64,000 nt of DNA from Candidatus Coprovivens sp. (GCA_051892935.1 JBJFGS010000010.1:19469-83468); one strand, 5' to 3'; counted from the stretch's first letter, positions 29,061 to 40,500 are shown. The notes: generated from the sequence alone by a model not told the origin. A program made the numbers and translations.

Positions 29061-29576
29061 TTATTTTATGAAACCATTTACAACTACTTTTGACTCGTTA
29101 ACTACTATAAAGGCATTTTTATCAATATGTCTTAAAATACGTTTTAAATCACCTAAATGACGACTATTTAGAGTTATAAAAAGAATTTTGCTGTTTTCTT
29201 CTGATAGATTGTTTATTGTATCGACAACTGAAACACCAAAACCTTCTAATCTAATTTTTTCAATATTTTCAGGAGTAGCTTTTGTCGTTATAACTTCAAC
29301 GCTTATTAAGCTGTTTACGAATTTGTTTGATATAAATGATCCTAGCATAGTACCTGTAGCATAGCCTCCGGCATAAGCAACAGCTATCCATATACTATTA
29401 ACTCCTGTATTTAAAGCTTCTCTTGCTATTATAAACCAGATAAATACTTCAAAGAAAGCAATAATTCCCGCTGTTTTAGTTTTTCCTTTGACAGTATGAA
29501 TCATTCTTATCGTTCCTAGTGTTACATCAATTATTCTTGCACAAAATATTTTTACGCATAGTAAGAATAATGTCAT
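29061..29576 (-). CDS. UPF0316/DUF2179 (YebE-like) membrane protein
   Basis: IFCARIIDVTLGTIR, AFFEVFIW, AYAGGYATG, IDKNAFIV. Confidence 0.88.
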   Translation of the reverse strand: MTLFLLCVKIFCARIIDVTLGTIRMIHTVKGKTKTAGIIAFFEVFIWFIIAREALNTGVNSIWIAVAYAGGYATGTMLGSFISNKFVNSLISVEVITTKATPENIEKIRLEGFGVSVVDTINNLSEENSKILFITLNSRHLGDLKRILRHIDKNAFIVVNESKVVVNGFIK

Positions 29577-29851
29577 TATTTACTCGCTCCTTTTATTATT
29601 GCTATTAATATTATTAGCAATAAAACTCCTATTATAAGAACTATTATGTTACCAATTTTTTTATCGCTATTATAATTATCATTATTGGAAGCACTTTTAT
29701 AAAATGCAGTATCTTTATTACGATATTGATTCCAACGTGGATCAAGCATTTCGCGCATTTCTTTTTGTTGAGAAATAGGAATCATTCTTCCGCATCCAGG
29801 GCATGCTCCACCTTTTGTTGGAAGGGCATGTCCACAATATTTACAGTTCAT
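29576..29851 (-). CDS. Zinc-ribbon small membrane protein
   Basis: CKYCG...CPGCG plus C-terminal TM; SD AGGTGA before ATG 29851. Confidence 0.8.
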   Translation of the reverse strand: MNCKYCGHALPTKGGACPGCGRMIPISQQKEMREMLDPRWNQYRNKDTAFYKSASNNDNYNSDKKIGNIIVLIIGVLLLIILIAIIKGASK

Positions 29852-29898
29852 ATATATCACCTAGAATAATTTTAACATAAAAAAAAGATTAGTGAATA

Positions 29899-30420
29899 CT
29901 AATCTTCAAAATCTTCGATGAACGTTTCACTTTTATGTGGCTCATTACATAGTAGATTGTTGTAGTTTTGTTGACGTAGGGCTTCATAAACCATTATTGC
30001 AACTGTATTTGATAAATTTAATGAACGAACCTTGTCCGTCATAGGCATTCTCATACAGTTTTCGATATGAGGTTTTAGTATATTGCGGGGAATTCCAGTT
30101 GATTCTTTACCAAATACAAAATAGATGTTTTCTTTTGAATCGCTATAATCAAATGAAGTATGTGGTTTGTGACCATATCTTGTTAGGAAGTAAAATACTC
30201 CATTATCTTTATTCTTTTCGTAAAAATCATCCCAATTTTTATATACTGTATATTCACAATTATCGATATAATTTACACCACTTCTTCTTATATATTTTTC
30301 TTCTAATGAGAAACCTAGTGGTTCTATTAAATGTAATTTTGTATTTGTTGCAACACAAGTACGCATTATATTTCCAGTATTACCTGGTATTTCTGGTTCA
30401 AATAAAACAACATTTATCAT
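29899..30420 (-). CDS. trmL: tRNA (cytidine/uridine(34)-2'-O)-methyltransferase
   Basis: VLFEPEIPGNTGNIMRTC, LIEPLGF, FGKESTG, RSLNLSN. Confidence 0.96.
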   Translation of the reverse strand: MINVVLFEPEIPGNTGNIMRTCVATNTKLHLIEPLGFSLEEKYIRRSGVNYIDNCEYTVYKNWDDFYEKNKDNGVFYFLTRYGHKPHTSFDYSDSKENIYFVFGKESTGIPRNILKPHIENCMRMPMTDKVRSLNLSNTVAIMVYEALRQQNYNNLLCNEPHKSETFIEDFED

Positions 30421-30455
30421 ATATATTCCTCCTAAACAAAAAGACCATATTGGTC

Positions 30456-31001
30456 TTATTCTTTTGCTACTCTATTTGATTCTAATAACTTTTCAAAATC
30501 ACCAACATTCATTATATTATCATCAAGTCTTTCTATAATGTCAACCACTTTTCCATCGTTATAATAAATAATTGTTGGAACTTTTTTTACTTTTTTGTTT
30601 TCAAGATTTAAAGCTTTATTGATTTGATCAATATAATCTTCTTCATCTTTTATATTAGATACATTTAGAAAATACATTGAGTCATTTAACGAGTAATCGT
30701 TAATCACTTTCTTTAAGTCTTTTTCCATATTATAAATTTCTTCAGAACCAGTGTAACTGATATACAAATAATAATTATCTGGTGCTTCTGAGAATACATC
30801 ATTTACTTCATTTAATCCTTTTATTTCATTAGAAATAATTTTTTCTTTTACTAAATATGATGTTGATACTTTGCTTTCTTTTAAAACTTTGTACCATTCA
30901 AATCCATATAGAGTTAAAAGAATCATTACGACAACTATAACAACAGCTAGAACATAATTTTTAATTGGTATAAAACGTTCATTCTTTTTTACATTAGTCA
31001 T
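30456..31001 (-). CDS. Membrane-anchored thioredoxin-like protein lacking CxxC
   Basis: N-terminal TM; YYLYISYTG...MYFLNV...VPTIIYYNDGKVVD. Confidence 0.65.
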   Translation of the reverse strand: MTNVKKNERFIPIKNYVLAVVIVVVMILLTLYGFEWYKVLKESKVSTSYLVKEKIISNEIKGLNEVNDVFSEAPDNYYLYISYTGSEEIYNMEKDLKKVINDYSLNDSMYFLNVSNIKDEEDYIDQINKALNLENKKVKKVPTIIYYNDGKVVDIIERLDDNIMNVGDFEKLLESNRVAKE

Positions 31002-31080
31002 AGCATCATACCCTTTCTATATCTATATTTTAACATATATTACTATTTTATGCAAAAGCTATTTAGGATATTTGCCTATA

Positions 31081-31106
31081 TCTTACTAATAATGTTTACA
31101 TATTAT
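31081..31106 (+). promoter_or_regulatory. Possible sigmaE-type mother-cell promoter of the cotJ operon
   Basis: TCTTACT...CATATTAT just upstream of SD GGAGG; cotJ is sigmaE-dependent in B. subtilis. Confidence 0.45.
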
Positions 31107-31124
31107 ATATCGGAGGTATTAAAT

Positions 31125-31520
31125 ATGTTTTTTGATGATATAATATTTGATTTTAAAAATACTGATAATGTTGATTTATTTAGTTATGAAGATGGTTTTA
31201 TGTATGGAAATATGTTTAAAAATGAATACGATTCGTATAAAAACTATAAAGTTGCTAGATTAGAAAGTAATACTGATAAGGGAGATTTACTTTTAAAGAT
31301 ATATCAATATGATTTTGCTTTAAATGATTTGTCTTTGTATTTGGATTTACATCCAGATGATAAAGCTGTATATGAGTTGTTTAAAAAGTACACAGATAAA
31401 CAAAATGAATATGTTAGTTTATATGTTAAAAAGTATGGTCCTATGGAGTTAGATGATTCACCATATAGTAGTTATATGTGGGATGAGGGGCCATGGCCTT
31501 TTATAGGAGGTGTATTTTAA
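31125..31520 (+). CDS. cotJB: Spore coat protein CotJB with a CotJA-like N-terminal segment
   Basis: FALNDLSLYLDLHPDD, KKYGP, WDEGPWPF; N-terminal LFSYEDGFMYGNMFKNEYDSY; SD GGAGG. Confidence 0.9.
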   Translation: MFFDDIIFDFKNTDNVDLFSYEDGFMYGNMFKNEYDSYKNYKVARLESNTDKGDLLLKIYQYDFALNDLSLYLDLHPDDKAVYELFKKYTDKQNEYVSLYVKKYGPMELDDSPYSSYMWDEGPWPFIGGVF

Positions 31521-32080
31521 TGTATAAATATATGAAAAAGTTGAATTATCCTGTTAATGTAAGAAGAAAGGATTTAAGAATGGCTAAATATTTGATTACA
31601 CAATTAGGAGGTCCATCTGGTGAATTAGGAGCTGCTTTAAGATATTTTAGTCAAAAGTTTACTATGCCTGATGAAAAAGGACAAGCTTTGTTAAATGATA
31701 TTGCTTGTGAAGAATTAGGACATTGTGAGATGATTGCAACTATGTTTAGTCAATTAGTTAGAGATGCTTCTTTAGAGGAAATCGAATGTGCTGGTTTAGG
31801 TGGATACTTTACTGATCATGGTAAAGGAGTTTATCCAGTTGATGCATCAGGCAATCCATTTAGTGCATTAACTTTTAGTTCGTCTGGTGATGTTTTAGCT
31901 GATTTAAGTGAAGATATGGCTGCTGAGGAAAAAGCTCGAGCTACTTATGAAAATTTAATTGATATGACTGATGATGAGTCTTTACGAGGTCCCTTACTTT
32001 TCTTAAGGCAAAGAGAAATTGTTCATTTTAATCGTTTTAAAGAATTATATGATTATTATAAGAGAAAATTAAAAAAATAG
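31520..32080 (+). CDS. cotJC: Manganese catalase family spore coat protein CotJC
   Basis: TQLGGPSGELGAALRY, EELGH, EDMAAEEKARATY, FLRQREIVH; TAATG coupling to cotJB. Confidence 0.93.
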   Translation: MYKYMKKLNYPVNVRRKDLRMAKYLITQLGGPSGELGAALRYFSQKFTMPDEKGQALLNDIACEELGHCEMIATMFSQLVRDASLEEIECAGLGGYFTDHGKGVYPVDASGNPFSALTFSSSGDVLADLSEDMAAEEKARATYENLIDMTDDESLRGPLLFLRQREIVHFNRFKELYDYYKRKLKK

Positions 32081-32085
32081 CATTG

Positions 32086-33852
32086 CTATTTTTTTAATGT
32101 TTTTTTAGTCAATTCATTTGTTAACGTTAAAAATGATGATTCTTCTAAAATAGATTGTGATACTAGTGATGGTATTAAATAAGACTTATTTCCTTGTACT
32201 TGTTCAAAATTACGTAAGAATTTTGGACGTGATATTATGATATCTCCTATTAGATAGATATTGTCTATTTGATATTCTTCATCCATAGCTTTTACGATAT
32301 CGCTATCAACTATTGTTGTAATCTTATCTCCTGATAAGAAGTTTATACCATATGATGAAATTGTGTTTGGTAAATAGTCATCTAAACTTGAATCATCACA
32401 AATAAATTTGCTTTCAGCTGTAACTGATTTTTTTAAAAAATGACTCGATGTTTCATATTCTTCACCAATATTTCTAAAGATTATAATTCTCTTAATAGTA
32501 TTTAAAGGGTTTTCTGTTTCACATATACTTATAAATAGTGATTCTGATATTTCATTTTCAAGTAATAAATCATAAATATTTATATACTCATAATGACACA
32601 ATAAAAATATATAATTATTTTTTGTAAGTTTGTATTCTTTTAGTACTGATAAGATATTTTTTATTTCTTTTATATCTTTTAAAAGAATCCTATCATCATA
32701 GAAAATATTTTGAAAATCAATTATATTTTTTAATATTTCATAATTAGATATTAATTGTTGATAATTAGAATCTATTATATCTAGATTTTCTGATAAAGTT
32801 TGTTTAGACAATATATTATTGTCTAATAGAAATGATAGTGTTTTTAATTTTTCATCATCTAAACTGATTATGTAATTATAATAAAGTGTTAAAACATTAT
32901 TTAGTGGTAGTCCTAAAGATATTAAAAATTCTATTCTTTCTGTTATATTAGCAATTGATTCAAGTTCTGCTAGTTTTTCATTTAATGAATATGGATTTAA
33001 ATTATGATTATATAAGTATGTTGTAAGTTTTGAACGATTTTTCTTACTTGTAATTTCTTGTTCTTCTATATCTAAATCTTTTTTCAGCTTATAAAGATTA
33101 TCTAATACAATTTCGTATAATAGTTCTAGTAATCTTGGATCTAGAAATTGATGCCAATCAGATGGAATTTCGTATATTCCCAGAATACTTTCATCATTTA
33201 TTCCTTTTATTACTTCGGTAGTTACTTCAATTCTTTTACTAGATGCATATTGACGAAGTTCATGATCATCTGTATCTCTTTTTAAGATTTTTTGAGCAAC
33301 ATCTATAAAATTATAGAATCTACTATTTTTGTATATATTATTAATCAATTGAATTCTTTTTACCAATGGTAATTTTTTAGAATATTCTGGAAGATTTAAA
33401 AGTTCTTTTTTTAATTTTAAATATTCATACATACACATATATACTAATTTCATATTGTATTCTGTGAATATTGGTGTTAATCCTAATTCAGTAATTATAC
33501 TTAAGTACTTATAATCTTTTAACGATCCATCATCATTAATTCCATTTTGCATTTCACTTAGACGATGACCATCTTTATCATAGGTCCATGAATTTACACT
33601 TTTTTTAACTTCTTCACAATATGATAATGTTTCGTCAAAGCTTAATTTATTATCATTTACTAAAATTAAAAATGGAACAAATATATCGTAATTACTTAAT
33701 TGACATAGTTCAGTTTTATCTGCTTTGGCAGCTCTTTTTAATACTTTTTCAACATATTTTTTTACTTTTTCTGGTCCTTCTTCGGCTTTTATGATTTTTG
33801 CTTCTGTTAAAGTATCTTCAGCAATTTTTAGTATTTCGTTTATTTTTACCAT
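32086..33852 (-). CDS. 588-aa helical-repeat (mTERF-like) hypothetical protein
   Basis: Repeats ITERIEFLISLGL, EKLKTLSFLLDNNI, LISNYEILKNI, IKNILSVLKEYKL; C-terminal IGDIIISRPKFLRNF; start 1 nt after the upstream stop. Confidence 0.7.
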   Translation of the reverse strand: MVKINEILKIAEDTLTEAKIIKAEEGPEKVKKYVEKVLKRAAKADKTELCQLSNYDIFVPFLILVNDNKLSFDETLSYCEEVKKSVNSWTYDKDGHRLSEMQNGINDDGSLKDYKYLSIITELGLTPIFTEYNMKLVYMCMYEYLKLKKELLNLPEYSKKLPLVKRIQLINNIYKNSRFYNFIDVAQKILKRDTDDHELRQYASSKRIEVTTEVIKGINDESILGIYEIPSDWHQFLDPRLLELLYEIVLDNLYKLKKDLDIEEQEITSKKNRSKLTTYLYNHNLNPYSLNEKLAELESIANITERIEFLISLGLPLNNVLTLYYNYIISLDDEKLKTLSFLLDNNILSKQTLSENLDIIDSNYQQLISNYEILKNIIDFQNIFYDDRILLKDIKEIKNILSVLKEYKLTKNNYIFLLCHYEYINIYDLLLENEISESLFISICETENPLNTIKRIIIFRNIGEEYETSSHFLKKSVTAESKFICDDSSLDDYLPNTISSYGINFLSGDKITTIVDSDIVKAMDEEYQIDNIYLIGDIIISRPKFLRNFEQVQGNKSYLIPSLVSQSILEESSFLTLTNELTKKTLKK

Positions 33853-33853
33853 A

Positions 33854-34873
33854 TTACTCACCAACCTTTTTTGATAAACTCATTCCATCTAATTGGGAAA
33901 AAATTTCTTCTACGAATTCAGCTTGCTCAATATGAAAGTCCGGATTATTGTAATTGTTTTCAATGTAGTCTTTGCATGAATAATATCGTGATAATGCTTC
34001 TTCATATTCATTAGATATCCTTGTTGATTTTTGTTTATCTTTCATAAAGAAAGAACATATTACAATGACATTTCCTGTTATAACATAAAGAATTCTAATA
34101 CCATTAGGATGTTTATATTCATAGATTTTTTCTTGATATCCTTCAATAGGTTTAGTGTCTTTTGTTCTAAGAAAATAACCATCTACTATTTTTTCAAATA
34201 TCAATCTTATTTCTTTATATCTTTCAGGATATTCTATAATGTCTTCATATAAGTAGGTTGATTTTTTATTGTTTGGTACCAATATAATATTTGAATATTC
34301 TTGTGAAAGTTCTAATGTGGTATTCTCTGCTTCTTCAAATTCTTTTATTGTTACCTCAAGTACCACTTCATATGTATTTAGTCTTTCTTGATATAAACTA
34401 ATATCTGTTGTGGGATTTGTTAGAATTGTTTTTCTTATTTCTCTTTTTGTATCAAGAATAAGTTTATATATTTGCAACTTTAGTAGTTTTAAATCATCTG
34501 GAGATAGACTTCTTAATATATTTTTACTTTCTTCTGAAAACGGATCATAAATTATTTTGTTTATAATTTCTGATAAGTCTTTTACTTCTCTTGGTATTGG
34601 TATTTTTTTGGATGGTTTAATAATGAAAATAGTTGGAGTTGCAATTATAGCAGTTGCTCCTGTCATTGATTCTAACATTTTCTTATTACTTTCTCTTTTA
34701 TTCTCGATGAAATCTAAATTGCTTAAAGCAATGGCTCTTGTACATTCTACTATTTCTTGAAGAGTTGGATCTTCTATTTGATCATATAAAAAAGAAGTAG
34801 GATTACTTATGTATTCGTTACTATTTTCAATTTTTTTTTCAAATCTTTCTACCCTATCAAATTCATTTGCCAT
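33854..34873 (-). CDS. 339-aa protein with a C-terminal RelE/HigB (Gp49-like) nuclease domain
   Basis: TKPIEGYQEKIYEYK..GIRILY...IVICSFFMKDKQKS...EYEEALSR resembles HigB K.L.G...LWELR..RI.Y..IVLLHGF.KKTQKTP..EI..A..R. Confidence 0.75.
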   Translation of the reverse strand: MANEFDRVERFEKKIENSNEYISNPTSFLYDQIEDPTLQEIVECTRAIALSNLDFIENKRESNKKMLESMTGATAIIATPTIFIIKPSKKIPIPREVKDLSEIINKIIYDPFSEESKNILRSLSPDDLKLLKLQIYKLILDTKREIRKTILTNPTTDISLYQERLNTYEVVLEVTIKEFEEAENTTLELSQEYSNIILVPNNKKSTYLYEDIIEYPERYKEIRLIFEKIVDGYFLRTKDTKPIEGYQEKIYEYKHPNGIRILYVITGNVIVICSFFMKDKQKSTRISNEYEEALSRYYSCKDYIENNYNNPDFHIEQAEFVEEIFSQLDGMSLSKKVGE

Positions 34874-34899
34874 ATTAATCCCCCTTTTTTGTTTGTTTT

Positions 34900-34927
34900 A
34901 TTATACTTATAGAATTGTTTTTGTCAA
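34900..34927 (-). promoter_or_regulatory. Consensus sigmaA promoter of the RelE-like operon
   Basis: TTGACA-16-TATAAT, SD AAAGGGGG. Confidence 0.75.
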
Positions 34928-34973
34928 TTTCACCACTAAAAAAAGGTCTTTTTAAGACCTTTTACGATTATTA

Positions 34974-35810
34974 TTAGATTCTACTGAATTTGTTATTTTT
35001 CTTAGCTAATGTTATAGCGCTTATTGCAATTAATGCACATGCAGCTAATAGAGCATATGAAGCAAATGCTCCTGTCTCAGCAAATGTTCCATCTTCTTTA
35101 TAGTGAATTTCTTTACATTTATATTGTAGTTGTGTATCAGAACCACAATTATTAGCATTAGTACCATCATTTCCACATGATGTATAGTCTGCATAATTTT
35201 CTTTTTCAGGAACTCTCCATACTTTTACACACACTTCACCACATTCGTTTCCTGTTGCATTTTCATCTAATCCAACAAGGATAGCACCAATAGTTCCATA
35301 TCTATCTTGTAATATACCAGATTTTATACCAGTGTTCTTAATTGTACTTGGAGTAAATGCATTTTGAGTTACGCTATTTTTGGTATAGAATATACCGCAA
35401 CCAAATGATGAAACTTTTATACTAGAAGATATGTTAGTATCATATGCACAAGAAAAACTTTTTAATTCATCAGGCATATCATCTTGTGGTGTTATTTGTG
35501 CCGTAGCTGATGTTGCGTCTGCCAAAGTAGAGTTTGAATTCGTTACTAAATATTGAGTTCCAACTAACTTTAAATATTTTGTTGTGTAAATATAGTTAAT
35601 ATATCCATTAACTGAAGCAGTTGCATCTTCAGATGGTACTCCAATGATATAACATGTTGATCTTCCACCTTTTTCTACATTAGCTGGATCACAAACTATA
35701 TCTGTGTTTGATAGCGAAAAACCTGCAGCTTTAACAGTTGTCATTCCACATAGAATAAATGTGCTTATTGCTAGAATAGACAACATAAATAATTTTTTAA
35801 ATTTTTTCAT
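34974..35810 (-). CDS. Cys-rich secreted protein with a sortase-type anchor (FAETG)
   Basis: Signal peptide (VKA-A), 9 ectodomain Cys, FAETG + TM + KKNNKFSRI. Confidence 0.8.
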   Translation of the reverse strand: MKKFKKLFMLSILAISTFILCGMTTVKAAGFSLSNTDIVCDPANVEKGGRSTCYIIGVPSEDATASVNGYINYIYTTKYLKLVGTQYLVTNSNSTLADATSATAQITPQDDMPDELKSFSCAYDTNISSSIKVSSFGCGIFYTKNSVTQNAFTPSTIKNTGIKSGILQDRYGTIGAILVGLDENATGNECGEVCVKVWRVPEKENYADYTSCGNDGTNANNCGSDTQLQYKCKEIHYKEDGTFAETGAFASYALLAACALIAISAITLAKKNNKFSRI

Positions 35811-35952
35811 AATAACCTCTCCTATAAATATTCTTCCTTATTCTGATTACATTATAACATGTTTTTATATATTGTGTTAATTTTTTTTGAAAATTTTACA
35901 TTTTATGGTATTATATATTATATAGTATAGAATGGAATAATAGAGGTGGCAT

Positions 35953-37509
35953 ATGAAGAAGATTACAGTTTTAATTAAGGATAATACTCTTATATTTAAA
36001 TATCGTACTAATAAACCGGTTGAACCTAATTTATTAAATACTAATGTTATATCTAATAACGAGTTAGTGTTTAGTGATGAATATATTGCTAATAATACTA
36101 AAATAGTTGGATTATTTATTTCTGATTTAGCTAAAGAAAAAGAAATAAAAGATATATCTGTATCTACTAACGAATTAGGTGAATTAGTTTTAGATGTATT
36201 AAAAAGATTATCTAATATAGATTCATTTATAGTTACTAGTGATGAAAATGTTTCTTATTCTTTATGTGACAAGATTATAAAAAATAGAAATATAAAAAAA
36301 TTAAATTGTTATTCTATCCCTCAATTCTTAGTTGAAAATTTAGACAAACATAATATTATGGTCGAATCGAGAAATGAAGTGTTATTTACAAGTAATTTTA
36401 TGGCATGTAACAATTTAACATCTTATTCAAAAATATATTATAAAAATAATATAAAAATAAATCCCGTTCTATCTGATGATGATTTATTAGATTTAAAATC
36501 TTTTTGTATTATTAATAAATACTTAAAAGTTATTCATTTTGAAAATTATTCTTTAGATAATATAAAGAAAGTTGTCGAAGTATTAAAAGAATGTAAAGAA
36601 AAAAATATTATTTTGGAGATACATGATGATTTAGATGATAACGAAGATATTTCTGAATTAAAGTCTTTAAATAAAGAATTAAAATCTAAATATAAAATTA
36701 AAATTTCTTTAGTATATTCTAAGGATTATTTAGAAAATAATTATTTACAACAAATTATTTTTACAACCTTAAAAATATGTGCATTAATAATATTTGCTAT
36801 AGTTGGTTCAGTATTTGGATATATTTTATATAATAATTACCAATCAGAATCGAAAATTAATTCTATTATGGAGGAACTTCACGTTATAAAAGATAGAGTT
36901 GATACTGATGAAGAAGTATCTGATAGTACAAATAGAATTATTATAAACTCTTATGATAAGCTACTAGAGGTTAATTCCGATATGGTTGGATGGATAATTG
37001 TTAAAGGTACTAAAATAGATTATCCTATTGTTAGAACGACTGATAATGGATACTATTTACAAAGGAATTTCTATAAAGAAAAAGATTATAATGGTTGGGT
37101 ATTTATGGATTATCGTAATAATATTGATGTATTAGATGATAATACTATAGTATATGCTCATAATAGATTTACTAGTGGTGTAATGTTTGGAACACTACCT
37201 AATATAAGAAAGAGTAATTGGTATAAAGATTCTTCTAATTATGATATAACTTTTAATACATTATATATGAATGGTACTTGGAGAATATTTTCGTATTATG
37301 GAATTGAAGTTACGAGTGATTATTTAGTAACTAATTTTTATGATAAGAACGAGTATCAAAACTTTTTAAATATGATTACTGATAGAAGTGAGCATAAATT
37401 TGATACGAAAGTTACAACTGATGATAAAATACTTACTCTATCTACTTGTTTAGATGATAATAAGAGGTTTGTTGTTCATGCAGTATTATTAACTGATAAT
37501 AATTCTTGA
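35953..37509 (+). CDS. srtB: Class B sortase with a large N-terminal cytoplasmic domain
   Basis: GWIIVKGTKIDYPIV, GWVFMDYRN, NTIVYAHN, ILTLSTC...RFVVHA; TM at about aa 270-292. Confidence 0.9.
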   Translation: MKKITVLIKDNTLIFKYRTNKPVEPNLLNTNVISNNELVFSDEYIANNTKIVGLFISDLAKEKEIKDISVSTNELGELVLDVLKRLSNIDSFIVTSDENVSYSLCDKIIKNRNIKKLNCYSIPQFLVENLDKHNIMVESRNEVLFTSNFMACNNLTSYSKIYYKNNIKINPVLSDDDLLDLKSFCIINKYLKVIHFENYSLDNIKKVVEVLKECKEKNIILEIHDDLDDNEDISELKSLNKELKSKYKIKISLVYSKDYLENNYLQQIIFTTLKICALIIFAIVGSVFGYILYNNYQSESKINSIMEELHVIKDRVDTDEEVSDSTNRIIINSYDKLLEVNSDMVGWIIVKGTKIDYPIVRTTDNGYYLQRNFYKEKDYNGWVFMDYRNNIDVLDDNTIVYAHNRFTSGVMFGTLPNIRKSNWYKDSSNYDITFNTLYMNGTWRIFSYYGIEVTSDYLVTNFYDKNEYQNFLNMITDRSEHKFDTKVTTDDKILTLSTCLDDNKRFVVHAVLLTDNNS

Positions 37510-37525
37510 AAACGGAGGGCTTACA

Positions 37526-40500
37526 ATGAATATTAGCGATTTAAAAGACATATTAGAAGATTTGGTACATACTAAATTATATGTTTCTTCTATTACAACA
37601 AAGGAACAACAACATAAGTATAAAGAAATGAAAAAGTATTTGAAGAAAAGTGATAACTTATTAGAAGATATAAAAACTATTTTAGTTACGAGAAATAATG
37701 AAAACTTTTTTGCTTATGATGAATACATTACCGATTTTTTAGTTAATGCAAATATAGATATAAAATTAGAAATTTTAAATAACCAATCTAAATACGAAGA
37801 TATAATAAAAAATAATAATGTATATATTAGTATTTGGGACTCATTAAATAATAAAGAAAGAATTACTTATTTAGAAAACAAGAAAAAATATACGGATATA
37901 GATATTTTATTAATTAATTATATTCTAAAAGATTCCGGAAATTTTAAAGATAATATTGTATTATGTGAAGTACTTAATAATGCAGATATAAGAAATAAAA
38001 TTCCTCCATTTTCTATTGAAATAAATTATACTTATAACCTACTTTCTTATATTAATTTAAGTGATTTTGAAGTTTGTAGTATTCTAACAAAAGATTCATA
38101 TACTAAACTATTATTAAAAAAATGTAAGAAATTTGATGACTTTCTACAGATTTATGAAAGTAATAACGCAATATATAATTTAATACTTAATAATAGTTTG
38201 GTTTTTAATAATGCAGATAATAAAAGTATTTATAAGTTTATATTAGATAATCCTAATTTTATAGGCAAGTTTAATAATAAATATTTGGATTTATTTAATA
38301 TATTGGAGATTACTAAAATAAGTAAATTACCTACTTTAGATAATGATGCTTTTAGTGCTATTATTCAAAAATTATATAAGTTAAATCCTGATGAGGCAGA
38401 TAACTATTTTAGTGAAATTAATCTAAAAAAATGTTCAAAACATAGTATTAGTATTTATCCTTTTGAATATATAAATAATGAATTACAAGAAAAGATATTT
38501 AATACTTATAATCTATTTAATAAGTTTATTGATACGATTATGATAGAAGCTATTAATAATAGATTTGATGAAGAAGATATAGTTAATATATTGAGAAATG
38601 ATACTTTTATAAATGATACTAGTTCATATGGTATTGAATTGTTATTAAATAAACTTAGCTTTAAGTCAGCTTTTAATATGTTGCAAAGAAAGAATATTTT
38701 TAACAAAATAAATAATCTACATGTAAAACTTGATACTAAAGATTCTATTTTCTTTAAAGGTTTCTTAGATAGTCCTGTTTTAGTTAAAAAATCAGAACAT
38801 AATATGATATATGAAATGTTAGGATTATTAAATAAAGATGATGTTTTATATTATATTACTCTTCCATATATTTTAAATGAACTAAGTAATTATGAAATAA
38901 TTAATTTGGCAATTTCTAAAAACATAAAACTCACAGATTTATATGATAATACTGAATTAAAAAATGTTTTAAATATAACAGATTTAATAAGTTATATAGA
39001 TAAATTATTTGAAACTAATATTGATTTAAATATATTTAAAAATAAGTCTATATGTAAAAAGATTTTTAATTTAAGTGACAAACAATTTAATGATATTAAT
39101 TTTGATGAAGTAAACTATTTATTTGAAACTGTAAGAATGAAATCTTTATTATCAAAACAAGATACTAAAATAACTATATTAAGTTATAAGAGTGTTTTAG
39201 CTAGTTATTTAGTTTTAGGACTTGATGAGACAATAAAACTAGTTAATGATGGTAATAAAGATATTACTCTTGAAGAAATAAAACAATTACAAAATGAAAT
39301 TGTAAGTGAAAAAATATTAATATTTAAAGAAAATAATTCAGCTATATTCCAAAATATGGCTAAAAAAATAATTTCTAATTTATATGATATTGGTGAATGC
39401 GAAGATATAAATGAGTTTTCTAGAAGAGTTAGAAAGAATGCTTATTTAGATAATGTTATATATTTAATATTGGATAATAATTTTGATACTTATAATGGTG
39501 TTACTAATAAATTTTTTGGATTTATAAAATATAGAACATATGATGAATATGCTGCTAAAAAAGAGATATATGATTATAGTAAAGCTTTTACTGAATGTTA
39601 TATATATAATAAAATTAAAGAATATAATGAGGAATTTGAAAAAATAATTCTTGTTAATTTTAAACCTAAAGAAAGTGTTATATATAGTAAGAGAAAAGAA
39701 ATAGGTAAAGAATTCTTAAATAAATTAAAATTTAAATTATTTGTTAGAGCTCTTACTGATCCTAATAAAGATATATATGTTAATTATTTTAGAGATGGCT
39801 ATCCTATTAATGAAGTGAAAAATAAATATATTAAGTATTTAGCTAATGAAGATGTTGATTTTGAAAGTATTTTAGAACATGTTTTATTACCTATTGTTAA
39901 TGATAGATTTGATAAAGAGAATTGTCTTTGTAAATTAGGAATTAATAAGCCTAAAAATACTGATGAATACTTAAAATACTTAGATGATTTAAAAACGGTA
40001 ACTGAACTTAATACTTTAATAGATAAATATAAAATTAATTATAGCTTTGAACAGGTAATATCTATTATGAATTATATTTGTTATGGTAATAAACTAGATG
40101 TTAAATTGAAGAAAAGAGAATTACTTAAGTTAAAAAAAGCTGCAAACTTAGTTTTGGGATTAACCGGGGAAATATATGTAGATAAGTCAGCTTCTAAGTT
40201 TATATATAAAGATAATATGGATGTATATAATATAGAAGAAATCATAGAATATAGTAATTATTTAAAAATTCTTGATGATATAGTAAATAAAACTTATAGT
40301 TATGTTAGTAAAAATATGGATAGTGAGAAGATAAAATCAGCTTTTTCACACGATTATTTTAATGCTATTAATACAGATAATTGTGTTTTTCCTATTTCTA
40401 GTAAATATTATGAACCTAGAAGAAGAGTTTTATCTATAAACGATTTAGAAGTTGTATTTAATGGATATGATCTTAGTATATATAAGGAATTAGATGATTC

